From an uncultured Acidobacteriota bacterium (GTDB taxonomy: Bacteria > Acidobacteriota > JAQAZP01), in assembly GCA_963836075.1 (NCBI GenBank), contig CAWIIB010000009.1, positions 1,216,001-1,280,000 on the forward strand: a DNA stretch of 64,000 nucleotides, given 5' to 3'. The notes beneath the pieces are model-generated. The model saw only the letters and a list, made by a program, of their open reading frames with translations. It was not told the DNA's origin and did not search any database. Shown piece after piece: positions 53,598 through 62,648 of the stretch (its first letter is position 1; every line of letters starts with the position of its first letter). The position numbers and the translations under genes were made by a program.

Positions 53598-54041
53598 GTT
53601 ATCTTCTAACGATTTATCAAAAACACGTTGCTCCTTGGCTTTGGAGAACCCAAGGTTTTCGAAGAACAGCCTTGCTTCATCACGCTCTATTCGACTGCGA
53701 ACACGAAGCTTGGTCAATCCATGGTCCTTCGACCATTTTTCCGCTGATGCAAGTAACTTACTTCCGATGCCCATTCGCCGATGCTTTCCGGAGACGACGA
53801 ATCCACCTAGCTCGGCAAATCGATTGGATTCAACCCGATAAACTAAATATGCGTGAATCCAGCCAACGACAATGCCAGTTGGCGAGCAAGCGACGAATAC
53901 AGAATGATCATCGGCTTGAAGAATGGCGCTCAGCCGGCGTTCGGAATCAGCCTCCGATGAGGGATAACCTAACTGACACGACAAATTAGCTATCGCATTT
54001 GCGTCATATATCACAGCCTCTCTAATGTTCATTTGACTCAC
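53592..54041 (-). CDS. GNAT acetyltransferase (cassette)
   Basis: RRMGIGSKL, ARLFFENLGF. Confidence 0.88.
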   Translation of the reverse strand: MSQMNIREAVIYDANAIANLSCQLGYPSSEADSERRLSAILQADDHSVFVACSPTGIVVGWIHAYLVYRVESNRFAELGGFVVSGKHRRMGIGSKLLASAEKWSKDHGLTKLRVRSRIERDEARLFFENLGFSKAKEQRVFDKSLEDNT

Positions 54042-54066
54042 ACGATATTAAATCTTGGTTGAATAC

Positions 54067-54128
54067 GCCTAACCATTGCCCGATAAGCTGCTGGCGCTGA
54101 ACGCGGCGGACAACTTCATCGGTTAGAC
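54067..54128 (-). repeat. Short attC (62 bp)
   Basis: GCCTAAC..CCGATAAG..CTTCATCG GTTAGAC. Confidence 0.6.
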
Positions 54129-54148
54129 GGCGCCTCCCATTGCAAGCT

Positions 54149-54340
54149 CTAGGAACCTTTATCGAAAACCACGCGCCAACGCCCGTCTTCGTCTCTTCTC
54201 CAGATAGAATTGAAGCGTCCGACGACATCTCCGGACGCCCCGCGAACAGGACCGGAACTGAACGCCAGACGACCTGACTCCAGCACTTCGATCACGTCAG
54301 GATGCCATGAGAAAGGCGCTGTCTCACCCTCAAAGAAAGG
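54149..54340 (-). pseudogene. DUF4440/NTF2-like C-terminal remnant
   Basis: PFFEGETAPFSWHPDVIEVLESGRLAFSSGPV..FNSIWRRDEDGRWRVVFDKGS*. Confidence 0.7.
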
Positions 54341-54653
54341 CGGCTACATTGACCGTGAAGAAGCGGCCGAGCGTAAGAATGGACAGCCACCGTACGACCA
54401 GGCCGATAACCATGAACCCTAGTGCAAGCAACTGCAGGATGACAGTAGGGACGTGAATGGTCGCGGCAGACACCCACTGAGAAGCAGCGGCCATGCAAAC
54501 GCTGGCACCGATTACCAGCCAGATGAGTCCCATGGATCCCCGGTCCCGCACAGCGGCAGCTCGTGAGTCAGCGCGTTTCAACACAGCAAGCGTGATCTCC
54601 GAGATCGGGAACAGAACTACTACAGCCAGGAGAATACTGCGCAAGATCGTCAC
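54330..54653 (-). pseudogene. Isoprenylcysteine carboxylmethyltransferase-family gene, 3'-truncated
   Basis: DRGS, RWLSILTLGRFFTVNV, then no GPY/RHP half. Confidence 0.7.
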
Positions 54654-54672
54654 TCCTTTTGGCTTAGCCTCG

Positions 54673-54712
54673 CATTAACCCATCACCTGCAGGTTGGTGG
54701 ATGGGATGGTCA
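54673..54712 (-). repeat. Collapsed family-B attC remnant
   Basis: CATTAACCCATCACCTGCAGGTTGGTGGATGGG retains only the outer stem. Confidence 0.5.
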
Positions 54713-55036
54713 GGGGGCCTCACTCACGCCCCCCCCATAACCAGGGGAATGACCACGTAAGCCAGAATGTGGTGGTTCACCGTTCAACTCTACAACCTTA
54801 CGAATACTATCCAATATCGGTTCAAGCTCTTGCTTCACCTTGTCCTGCCCTTCTTCGAAAGTAACATTGTCAGCTTCAAAGATTGGAAGCTCTCTGCCAG
54901 TAGCTGAAGAATAGGCTTTTGCGCGAATATTGAATCTCCATGGTTCGGAAGTCACTGTCGAGACTATAAGTTCGACTTGAGTCATGATAAAGCTGACTGC
55001 CAGGTGCATGGGTTTGTCAGCCTTCCGCAAACTCAC
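54710..55036 (-). CDS. Hypothetical protein
   Basis: 108-aa ORF co-oriented with the array. Confidence 0.4.
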   Translation of the reverse strand: MSLRKADKPMHLAVSFIMTQVELIVSTVTSEPWRFNIRAKAYSSATGRELPIFEADNVTFEEGQDKVKQELEPILDSIRKVVELNGEPPHSGLRGHSPGYGGGVSEAP

Positions 55037-55320
55037 CGCTGATGGTGGAACTCTTTCTCTATTCGCTCGGCCAGGAAGATTTTCAGTAGTGACTGGTAAG
55101 GGATGTCCCGCTTGTTTGCTAGCAATTTGAGGTTTTCGAGCATTGCTTCAGGAAGACGGAGGGAGATGGTCTTGGTCGATGGCTTAAGCTCAGAGAAGAC
55201 ATCGCGCTTGCCCCGCTGCCAGTCGATATAATCGGCAGAGTCCTGATCCGCCCAAAAATCTCTCTCGTGATCTTCGCTCTTGAATTTCGGGATTTTCTTC
55301 TTTTCCTTAATTCTCGGCAT
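55033..55320 (-). CDS. brnA: BrnA-type/CopG antitoxin
   Basis: IPKFKSE..FW..DS, TKTISLRLP, PYQSLLK. Confidence 0.8.
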   Translation of the reverse strand: MPRIKEKKKIPKFKSEDHERDFWADQDSADYIDWQRGKRDVFSELKPSTKTISLRLPEAMLENLKLLANKRDIPYQSLLKIFLAERIEKEFHHQR

Positions 55321-55582
55321 TGAAATATATCCTTCTTTCTCTTTTGCTCATGTCGCGTGCGGATATGACTCGGATCAGTTGGTCGCGGACAGTGAAGACG
55401 AGAAAGAGAAATCTCGTTCTATCAGTGTGTCCGAGGGCATAGAACCTAGTTTCGTTCTTCTGCGAGTGTTCTGGGTCATGTCCAACTAACAGAGGATGAT
55501 TGAAGAAAATTTGCTCCCACTCAGCTCTGGATACCTTGTTCTCACGGGCCCTCAAAGAACCGGAGAAGCCATCTTTAACCAC
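55307..55582 (-). pseudogene. brnT: BrnT toxin, apparently 5'-truncated
   Basis: EQIFFN, HS..E.RF.ALG, IRVISARDM; lacks the FxWD..KN start. Confidence 0.75.
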
Positions 55583-55844
55583 CGCACTCTTCAGTTTCTG
55601 GAGAGCCTCTGAAAAGGCAAGCTCTTATCCGAGATCTTATCGAACCATCATCTGCGCTATGGCTCTTATCCAGGCACCTTCCCTGCACGGCCGATCAGGT
55701 ATCAAGAGCCGTTGGCTGATCAAACATCTTTGCGCCCCTCAAAATATCCGAAAGAGAACTTTGGAACCAGCCGCTCCACCCTTTATTGTTAAACGGGTTA
55801 ACTTCTTATGCAGCGAATTTGGCCTCGAAAAGCCTACGCCATCT

Positions 55845-56468
55845 CTATTGCTTTCCACCTTTTAAGAGAAGCCATGTAGCAAATGACATTTCTCCTAAAA
55901 TACTCGGAATAGCTACAAGTGCTAAAAAAATAGATTCATAGGTTTCATAATTTGGAAGCACGAAATGTGCTGCTGTATCAGCCATATACATAATTCCGGC
56001 AAGCGCGAGAAAGAACGCAATGATTTGTGGCTTACCAATTATATTGCCTAATATAATGAGATGAACTCCAAAAAAGAAAAGCCCTAGAAGCCAAATAGTA
56101 TTAAAAGTGTCTACGTGCTCGAGAATTTCCTCACTAGTAGTTGAAGAAAGCGCTCCAGGAAGCGAATAAATGGCAACACCCATAAGGGCTGCATGCATCA
56201 TTCTAAAGAGCGTGCTCAAGACAGACAGGATATTATCTTTGAATAATTCATAAAGAGCCCATGCAACAACAACGTCGAAAACGACAGTTACTATAAAGGC
56301 CACAATTCCTATTCTGACAGAAATATGATTTTGCTGGATAGTAGCTAGGGGAGAATTAATTAAAGAATCAAGAACAATAAAATTAGCGTATATAGCGGCA
56401 AAGAATATAATCCAATAGCTAACACCTGCTAGTATAGAAAGAGGTCTTGGCCTTATAGCCCCGTGCAT
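55845..56468 (-). CDS. Multi-TM protein, DUF4386-like (cassette)
   Basis: DVVVAWALY, GLFFFGVH, GEMSFATWLLLKG. Confidence 0.7.
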   Translation of the reverse strand: MHGAIRPRPLSILAGVSYWIIFFAAIYANFIVLDSLINSPLATIQQNHISVRIGIVAFIVTVVFDVVVAWALYELFKDNILSVLSTLFRMMHAALMGVAIYSLPGALSSTTSEEILEHVDTFNTIWLLGLFFFGVHLIILGNIIGKPQIIAFFLALAGIMYMADTAAHFVLPNYETYESIFLALVAIPSILGEMSFATWLLLKGGKQ

Positions 56469-56498
56469 TCTTAAGTCTCCCGATAGATTGTATTGAAC

Positions 56499-56557
56499 AT
56501 ATAACGCTACGGCTCAGGCGCAGCTTGAAGGCTGCCGCCTGAAGCCGATTGTTGGTG
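56499..56557 (-). repeat. 59-bp attC
   Basis: ATATAAC..GGCTCAGGCGCAGC/GCTGCCGCCTGAAGCC..GTTGGTG. Confidence 0.8.
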
Positions 56558-57028
56558 ACGGATTTCCTCTATCCATGCCGGTCTTCTTCTTCTCGTCCAT
56601 CGTGCGAACGCCAGTTTCTCACCGACATAGAATCTCCGGTACGCCTGTACTGGATCCCCGGGCACTTTGTACTGTTCAGGCATGGCCTGTGGGAAGTCGG
56701 TGAATCCTGCCGACTCAAACGTCATCCCCTCAATCTGGTCCACCGCCGCGAGAGAACGGTGATCCTCAGATTTGCGGTACCGGTATCTGAATTCACGGTT
56801 CAGCGCTCTCGCCAGCTTCTTCAACCATTGCAGGTTTGTGAAGGATGCCCCAGCCCACAGAACGCACGGATGCTTGACGTGGGTGGACCTGTATGGCGTT
56901 GCGAACCCCCTCTCATTCAGTGCAGTACAGGCAATCTGAGCGCTCTCCAGAATCATCTTCACAACGTGTTGATCACAGTGATAACGTGCGCACTTTTCTA
57001 AGTTGAGATCAAGTACGAAGATGTTCAT
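56507..57028 (-). CDS. Pyrimidine-dimer DNA glycosylase-like protein (cassette)
   Basis: MNIFVLD, HCDQHVVKMILESAQ, HPC, QAMP, AYRRFY. Confidence 0.75.
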   Translation of the reverse strand: MNIFVLDLNLEKCARYHCDQHVVKMILESAQIACTALNERGFATPYRSTHVKHPCVLWAGASFTNLQWLKKLARALNREFRYRYRKSEDHRSLAAVDQIEGMTFESAGFTDFPQAMPEQYKVPGDPVQAYRRFYVGEKLAFARWTRRRRPAWIEEIRHQQSASGGSLQAAPEP

Positions 57029-57037
57029 TTTTTTTCG

Positions 57038-57154
57038 CGCCAACGTCACCCATCACTTGCGGACAGGTGGCACGGCCGTTGCCTCCAGCGTGAACGAACG
57101 GATGCTCAGCAAGGGCCGTGACACCTGGCGGACAGGTGTATGGGCTTGTAATGC
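57038..57154 (-). repeat. attC family B with mutated core
   Basis: CGCCAAC..GTAATGC (GTT changed to GTA). Confidence 0.85.
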
Positions 57155-57159
57155 GCATC

Positions 57160-57459
57160 TCAGTCCTCCGGCGACTCAGGAAGCTGAGCACTATGCCAGA
57201 CTCCCACAACCCATATGACGTCGTCCTTCTCTCGGTAAAAGAAACGATAAGGAGGAATGACCACCTCACGAAATGGCAGATCAGGAAACTCGAGTAAGTG
57301 TCTTCCGGAGTTTGGGAAATCCTCAAGTCTCCGGAGGATGCCTTCAGCTTTGTCACGAAAATTCTGGGCTGCGATTTGATTATCTAATTTGATGTAGGCG
57401 AGGGCAGCAAGAAACTGTAAGCGACCGGTGGGTGTGAAGCGGACTTTCAAATTGGTCAC
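57160..57459 (-). CDS. RelE/ParE-family toxin
   Basis: LEDFPNSGR, REVVIPPYRFFY, VWH. Confidence 0.85.
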   Translation of the reverse strand: MTNLKVRFTPTGRLQFLAALAYIKLDNQIAAQNFRDKAEGILRRLEDFPNSGRHLLEFPDLPFREVVIPPYRFFYREKDDVIWVVGVWHSAQLPESPED

Positions 57460-57728
57460 TCCTTCAACACTGCATCTGCTTCAGCTAGAACTGAATCCAA
57501 ATCGTAGCCCTCACCGAGGGTGACCTCTTTCTCGCCCTTGGCCAGCAAGTGCAGAATCTGACGCTCAGAACTTTCGCGCTCATATTCCTCAATGCTGATC
57601 AGCACTGCGGCAGCTCTACCCCTTTGAGTAATGATCATAGGATCACGCGAATCACGGAGTTTCTTTAAGACAGCCGCGGCGTCTTGGCGGAGGTCTGTAA
57701 CTGGAACGATTTCTGGTATTTTATTCAT
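57456..57728 (-). CDS. Phd/YefM antitoxin
   Basis: VTDLRQ, IITQRGRAAAVLISIEEYE. Confidence 0.9.
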   Translation of the reverse strand: MNKIPEIVPVTDLRQDAAAVLKKLRDSRDPMIITQRGRAAAVLISIEEYERESSERQILHLLAKGEKEVTLGEGYDLDSVLAEADAVLKE

Positions 57729-57810
57729 TGGACGTACCTCCTACGGTACGTATAACAATACATTCAAGAGGGTTTAAAAATCAAGTGAGAAATGCTCTCT
57801 CTTCTATTGA

Positions 57811-57956
57811 GCATAATGCCCCACATCAGCGGCAAGCTCCGGCGCGCTGGTTGCTTTTGCAATGCCTGGAAGTGCCGGCACATGCCATTAGATTGATCGC
57901 ACGGAATGCAACCAGCGTGACGGATTCGGCTTGACCGTTGAATGTGGTTGTTATGC
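57811..57956 (-). repeat. attC family A with mutated core
   Basis: GCATAAT (AAC changed to AAT)..CGCTGGTTGC/GCAACCAGCG..GTTATGC. Confidence 0.88.
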
Positions 57957-57985
57957 CAATTATCTGCTAGCCAAGCCAATTCTGT

Positions 57986-58288
57986 CTATGCTGCAGGAAA
58001 GTCGAGCTGCTTGATCTTTTTCCAGTCGGTTGATTCGTGTGTAGCCACCCAAAGATCAAAAGCCTGCTGCAAGTTCATCCAAAGCTCCGCAGAGGTACCA
58101 AAGGCTTTAGAAAGCCTAAGAGCCATATTGGGCGTTACAGAACCACGCTCATTGGTGATTTTGGATACAGTTTTTCGAGAAACACCTAGAATGCTCGCAA
58201 GTCCAGACACAGAGAGACCGAGCACATCAAGATACTGCCTCTTTAAAATGCCACCGGGATGGGCAGGCTTTCTCTTTCTGTTCTTCAT
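57986..58288 (-). CDS. higA: HigA antitoxin
   Basis: HPGGIL, VTPNMALRL, WMNLQ. Confidence 0.92.
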   Translation of the reverse strand: MKNRKRKPAHPGGILKRQYLDVLGLSVSGLASILGVSRKTVSKITNERGSVTPNMALRLSKAFGTSAELWMNLQQAFDLWVATHESTDWKKIKQLDFPAA

Positions 58289-58300
58289 ATCAGCACCTCA

Positions 58301-58579
58301 TCAGTGATAGTCAATGTAATCAACAACATATGCGTCCCCACTTTTGAACGTGAAAATGACGCGCCAATTGCCAGATACTTTCACGCTATAGTGATCTTTA
58401 AGTTTGCCCTTCAGCCTATGCAGCCCTGAGCCAGGAAATCGCATATCTTCTACAGTCACCGAGGCATCAAGTAAATCAAGAATATCGCTCAATTTCTGTG
58501 CATGAGCAGCCTGAATGCCCTTCATGGTGCCGTTAAGGAAAAACCTCTCAAGGCCTTTGTGCGCGAAGCTTCTTATCAT
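58301..58579 (-). CDS. higB: HigB toxin
   Basis: MIRSFAHKGL, LHRLKG, VSGNWRVIF, DYH. Confidence 0.92.
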   Translation of the reverse strand: MIRSFAHKGLERFFLNGTMKGIQAAHAQKLSDILDLLDASVTVEDMRFPGSGLHRLKGKLKDHYSVKVSGNWRVIFTFKSGDAYVVDYIDYH

Positions 58580-58585
58580 ATTCTG

Positions 58586-58614
58586 ACTGTAACCTCTGGG
58601 GTTACGTCTGTCAA
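58586..58614 (-). promoter_or_regulatory. higBA promoter/operator, leaderless
   Basis: TTGACA-N17-TACAGT, ATG 7 nt after the -10; GTAACC-N5-GGTTAC. Confidence 0.8.
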
Positions 58615-58624
58615 GATGTTTTTG

Positions 58625-58771
58625 GCATAACGCTCCACATCAGCGGCAAGCTGCCGGCGCGCTGGTTGCTTTAGCAAAGCCTGGAACCACCATGACGGGC
58701 CATCTGATTGACCGCTCGGTTTGCAACCAGCGTGACGAAAACGGCTTGGCCGTTGAATGTGGTTGTTGGGC
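58625..58771 (-). repeat. attC family A
   Basis: GCATAAC..GTTGGGC, 147 bp. Confidence 0.92.
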
Positions 58772-58773
58772 TT

Positions 58774-59109
58774 TTAATATATGCAAGCGTCCATTAGAGC
58801 TAAAACTTCTGAGAGCAAATCATCACTGGCCTTACCAATTCGCTTTGCCCTTCGAGATCGATAATCAATTGACTTCATCTGTTCAACCATGACAAATCCA
58901 GTCACGTCGGGAGTGTCGAAAATGGCAACGTGGAAAGGGAAACGACGATCTGTGTTTGTGAGCGGGCAAACTACGGCTAGGCCAGTATGTTTGTTGAACA
59001 AGTTGTTGCTTACGACAAGCGCAGGTCGTCGCCCCATTTGTTCATGGCCGGACTGAGGATCAAAGGAAAGCGCCACAATATCACCTTTTCGTGGGATATA
59101 GTCTGGCAT
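58774..59109 (-). CDS. mazF: MazF/PemK toxin
   Basis: FDPQSGHEQMGRRPALVVS. Confidence 0.92.
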   Translation of the reverse strand: MPDYIPRKGDIVALSFDPQSGHEQMGRRPALVVSNNLFNKHTGLAVVCPLTNTDRRFPFHVAIFDTPDVTGFVMVEQMKSIDYRSRRAKRIGKASDDLLSEVLALMDACIY

Positions 59110-59358
59110 CTACCACACCTCTTTTCCGGTCGGCTTCCCCCAGTCGATCTCTTCTGCCACGTAGTCCTTTGGAATTCTTTTAACGAGGTCCTTCAGGCAG
59201 TACTTTCCGTGCACGCGCCTTGATGGTGAAATCACGATCACCCCTTCTCGTACTTCCACATTGACTTCATCACCAATAGAAATCTGTGCGTCTTCGAGCA
59301 CATTTTTAGCGATACGGAGACCCTGGCTATTGCCCCATTTCTGAACTTTCGTAACCAT
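59110..59358 (-). CDS. mazE: MazE/AbrB antitoxin
   Basis: VQKWGNSQGLRI, IDWGKPTGKEVW. Confidence 0.92.
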   Translation of the reverse strand: MVTKVQKWGNSQGLRIAKNVLEDAQISIGDEVNVEVREGVIVISPSRRVHGKYCLKDLVKRIPKDYVAEEIDWGKPTGKEVW

Positions 59359-59373
59359 TCCCTCACCTCCTGT

Positions 59374-59412
59374 GGCTATACATAGTATAGCCCTTACAGG
59401 GCTATCTGTCAA
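59374..59412 (-). promoter_or_regulatory. mazEF promoter with overlapping palindromes
   Basis: TTGACA-N17-TATACT; GGCTATAC-N3-GTATAGCC and ATAGCCC-N5-GGGCTAT. Confidence 0.8.
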
Positions 59413-59423
59413 GTTTCGTTAAG

Positions 59424-59569
59424 GCCCAACGTCCCAAATCAGCGGCAAGCCCCGGCGCGCTGGTTGCTTTGGCAATGCTCGATGGCGCCCAAACGAGCCA
59501 TCTGATTGACAGCTCGGACTGCAACCAGCGTGACGGAATCGGCTTGCCCGTTGAATTTGGTTGTTGGGC
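59424..59569 (-). repeat. attC family A
   Basis: GCCCAAC..GTTGGGC, 146 bp. Confidence 0.92.
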
Positions 59570-59571
59570 GA

Positions 59572-60081
59572 TTATTCGGTTACCTTAAATCGCTGAATCT
59601 CTTCTTCAGAAAGGTCCTTGATATATTTGAAGGCACTTACTGGTTTACCCTCATCGCTCTCTAATTCCACAGGCCGCCAGACCTCCCCAGGTTTTAAACT
59701 ATCACGGTTAATGCTTATAGGCTGTCCAGTTACGAACCCAACAACCTCTACTTTGTCGCTTATATAAACGGCCATAGTATTGAGGCCTGTATTAGCATCA
59801 AACACGAAAATCACTGTCGTCCAACCATTTTCTCTCGCTGCTGGTAGTAAATATGGAGAAACATCGGAATCTCCTCGTAACGAGTCTAGTTCCTCTGGCT
59901 TGAGGACGATTGCGAAGCATCCAGCAAGTGATTCAATGCCATTAGCTTTGAGCACATCTGAAGCTATCAGTAACTGTTCATGTGTTTTAGCTTGTGAGGC
60001 TTCAGGGGGACTGGCTGCTTGCGCTGGTAGAATTAACATGAAGAAGAAAAGTGTGAGGGACAATAATCTAAATGTATTCAT
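59572..60081 (-). CDS. Exported hypothetical protein (cassette)
   Basis: Signal peptide ending AQA; fills the cassette. Confidence 0.75.
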   Translation of the reverse strand: MNTFRLLSLTLFFFMLILPAQAASPPEASQAKTHEQLLIASDVLKANGIESLAGCFAIVLKPEELDSLRGDSDVSPYLLPAARENGWTTVIFVFDANTGLNTMAVYISDKVEVVGFVTGQPISINRDSLKPGEVWRPVELESDEGKPVSAFKYIKDLSEEEIQRFKVTE

Positions 60082-60111
60082 CAGATCACCCCATAAGTTG
60101 GTTACAATCTC

Positions 60112-60228
60112 GCCCAACGTCACCCATCACCTGCGGGCAGGTGGCACGGCCGTTGCCACCAGTGAGTACGGCCGGATGACCAGCAAGGGCCGTGACACCT
60201 GACTGACAGGTGAATGGGTTTGTTATCT
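60112..60228 (-). repeat. attC family B
   Basis: GCCCAAC..GTTATCT, 117 bp. Confidence 0.92.
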
Positions 60229-60262
60229 CGATTACTGTCAAATAGTGTAATATTAAATCTAG

Positions 60263-61150
60263 CTATTCAACAATAATACTGATTACTGCTTTATCGATTG
60301 AGTCAAGTGCTCCACCTTCCAGTTTGCATTTTATATTGATCTTGCAGTTTCCCTCATCTTCTTCTATTTCTCTTGATTTGTATTCCGATGATACAATATC
60401 ACCAGAATCATTATAAAGTGAAATTCCTATGGATGCGTTATAGTCTCGTTTTCCTGAATTACCTGTATTTAATGTGAATATAATAATATTCCTATTGTTC
60501 AACTTTTCTTTTCTCGTAATGATTAAATCCCTGAAGTAAATAGGACGCATGAAATAATTGATATTATGAATATGAGTATTCATATCGATCGTAAATATGA
60601 CTTCGCCAATACCCTTTTGTTCGATAATGATTCCATCGCTATCGTCAATGCGGGAACGATTGACTATATTGACATTATTGGTTGTATTCAATTCAGGATA
60701 TGGCCATGACGTGCCGTCAGAGAAGGTTACTGAGGTGATGGATACGGTATAGCGCTTGATCTTGGTTTCAGGCGGTTCAAGGTGTAATTTACCAGTTCCT
60801 GAATTGCCAGGGAGTACCGGTGGATCACACTCCACGGATGAGTTAATCGTATGGACTATCTTTCCTTTCTTGTCATAACCAACCCATGTGGCGCTAATGG
60901 AGGTAATGTGTTTTTGTGATCGATTTACGAAAGGGAATACATAGACAATTGGATTAGATTTTAATACTTGCGCTCCCCAGGCAAAATCGGCGGGGCAGTC
61001 ATAAGATCTAATTAATTTAAGCTTGTATTTGCCTCCAAAGGTAAATTCTACACTCTGGCCGAAGCTATCTGAATGAGAAACTAATATAATCATTGTAATG
61101 CAGACTAATGATATAAAGATTGGTCGTGATGGCGCCTGAATATATATCAC
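60263..61150 (-). CDS. Very AT-rich exported hypothetical protein (cassette)
   Basis: Hydrophobic N-terminus, beta-rich; fills the cassette. Confidence 0.75.
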   Translation of the reverse strand: MIYIQAPSRPIFISLVCITMIILVSHSDSFGQSVEFTFGGKYKLKLIRSYDCPADFAWGAQVLKSNPIVYVFPFVNRSQKHITSISATWVGYDKKGKIVHTINSSVECDPPVLPGNSGTGKLHLEPPETKIKRYTVSITSVTFSDGTSWPYPELNTTNNVNIVNRSRIDDSDGIIIEQKGIGEVIFTIDMNTHIHNINYFMRPIYFRDLIITRKEKLNNRNIIIFTLNTGNSGKRDYNASIGISLYNDSGDIVSSEYKSREIEEDEGNCKINIKCKLEGGALDSIDKAVISIIVE

Positions 61151-61183
61151 TGCGTTTACTCCATTTGAAACGAAATATTAATG

Positions 61184-61299
61184 AGATAACGTCACCCATC
61201 ACCTGCGGACAGGTGGCACGGCCGTTGGCACAAGGAGAACGACCGGCTGCTCAGCAATGGCCGTGACACCTGGACGCCAGGTGAATGGGCTGGTTAGAA
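61184..61299 (-). repeat. attC family B
   Basis: AGATAAC..GTTAGAA, 116 bp. Confidence 0.92.
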
Positions 61300-61309
61300 G
61301 GCTCTTCAG

Positions 61310-61621
61310 TTAACCAACACTTATCTGAACCTGCTTGATCATTCTGAGATCGTCTGATTCAGTGCGTTGGGCGTGGTAAAGATCCCAGCGTAGCTGTAGG
61401 TTCATCCAGAATGCGGCAGAATTTCCAAAGAATTTTGAGAGGCGAAGAGCAGTGCTTGGAGTGATGCCCCTTTTCCGGTTGATGAGCTCATTAATCCGTT
61501 GGTAGGGCACACGGATGCCGTTGGCCAAATCACGCTGGGTGATGTTCATTGGCACCAAGAACTCTTCGAGGAGCATTTCGCCAGGGTGTGTGGGCTCTCG
61601 ATGTGTTGGAACTCTAATCAT
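61310..61621 (-). CDS. higA: HigA antitoxin
   Basis: PTHPGEMLLEEFL, ITPSTALRL. Confidence 0.92.
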   Translation of the reverse strand: MIRVPTHREPTHPGEMLLEEFLVPMNITQRDLANGIRVPYQRINELINRKRGITPSTALRLSKFFGNSAAFWMNLQLRWDLYHAQRTESDDLRMIKQVQISVG

Positions 61622-61639
61622 ATGAGATGCCCTCCTCTA

Positions 61640-61933
61640 TCAATGGTAGTCAACAATCTCTACTTCAAGCGGGCCTTTTTCAGACCAACCGAAGCAGATT
61701 CGATATTGGTCATTAATTCGGATGCTATATTGCCCTCGCCGGTCACCGGATAGCGGTTCGAGCCTGTTACCGAAGGGTACCCGTAAATCATCAAGCTGAT
61801 CGGCGGAATCAAGCAATTCTAGCTTTCTCGCCGCCACTTTCCACACTTGACGGGGGCAAGCTTTCCTTGCACGGCTCGTATTCTTGCCGTTGAAAATATC
61901 TTCAGTTCCACTGTCTGAAAACGACCTTATCAT
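61640..61933 (-). CDS. higB: HigB toxin
   Basis: GNRLEPLSGDRRGQYSIRINDQYRICF, VEIVDYH. Confidence 0.92.
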   Translation of the reverse strand: MIRSFSDSGTEDIFNGKNTSRARKACPRQVWKVAARKLELLDSADQLDDLRVPFGNRLEPLSGDRRGQYSIRINDQYRICFGWSEKGPLEVEIVDYH

Positions 61934-61939
61934 GATAGC

Positions 61940-61968
61940 ATTATAACACGGATAGTGTGCTATGATAA
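61940..61968 (-). promoter_or_regulatory. higBA promoter, leaderless
   Basis: TTATCA-N17-TATAAT, ATG 7 nt downstream. Confidence 0.65.
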
Positions 61969-61983
61969 ATTAATTTTCACGCC

Positions 61984-62133
61984 TTCTAACGCCCCACATC
62001 AGCGGCAAGCCCCGGCGCGCTGGTTGCATCATGAAAGCCAGGTAGCGGGGACACTGGCCTGATGATCGACCGAGCGAGCGGTTTGCAACCAGCGTGACGG
62101 ATTCGGCTTGCCCGTTGAATGTGGTTGTTATCT
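61984..62133 (-). repeat. attC family A
   Basis: TTCTAAC..GTTATCT, 150 bp. Confidence 0.92.
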
Positions 62134-62366
62134 TTTGGCTTTAACAACCCTTCTAGACGCTTAACGGCAATCCACTTCCCGCTGTGCTATTCAGTTCTCT
62201 TAGTGCTATCAGCCTTTCCAGGCCGCTTGGTATGACTTCTTTGGAAATATTATAAGCTATCACCAGTGGCAGATCTTCCTCCGCCATCTTCCTGGCTTTT
62301 GGCCTTTCAGGCTTCTACGGCCTCACTAGACCCTGAATTCTCTTCAAACCCTTACATCTTTCCGAA
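62134..62366 (-). other. 233-bp cassette body without a conventional gene (44-aa ORF 62153-62287 or ncRNA)
   Basis: Bounded by intact matching cores GTTATCT/AGATAAC. Confidence 0.75.
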
Positions 62367-62512
62367 AGATAACGTGCCAAATCAGCGGCAAGCCCCGGCG
62401 CGCTGGTTGCTGTGGCATTGCCTTACAGCGATTTAACGGGCCATCTGATTGACCGCTCGGTTTGCAACCAGCGTGACGGAATTGGCTTGCCCGTTGAATT
62501 TGGTTGTTATCT
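62367..62512 (-). repeat. attC family A
   Basis: AGATAAC..GTTATCT, 146 bp. Confidence 0.92.
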
Positions 62513-62648
62513 TTAGACTTCATTTCTCATCGGCCCTCAAAAACCCGAGAAGCCATCTTCAACCACCAGCAATATTCAGTTACTGTAGAGACGTTGACAA
62601 GAAATCAATCTTCAGGATCTCTTCGAACCATCACCCCGGCACTCACTC

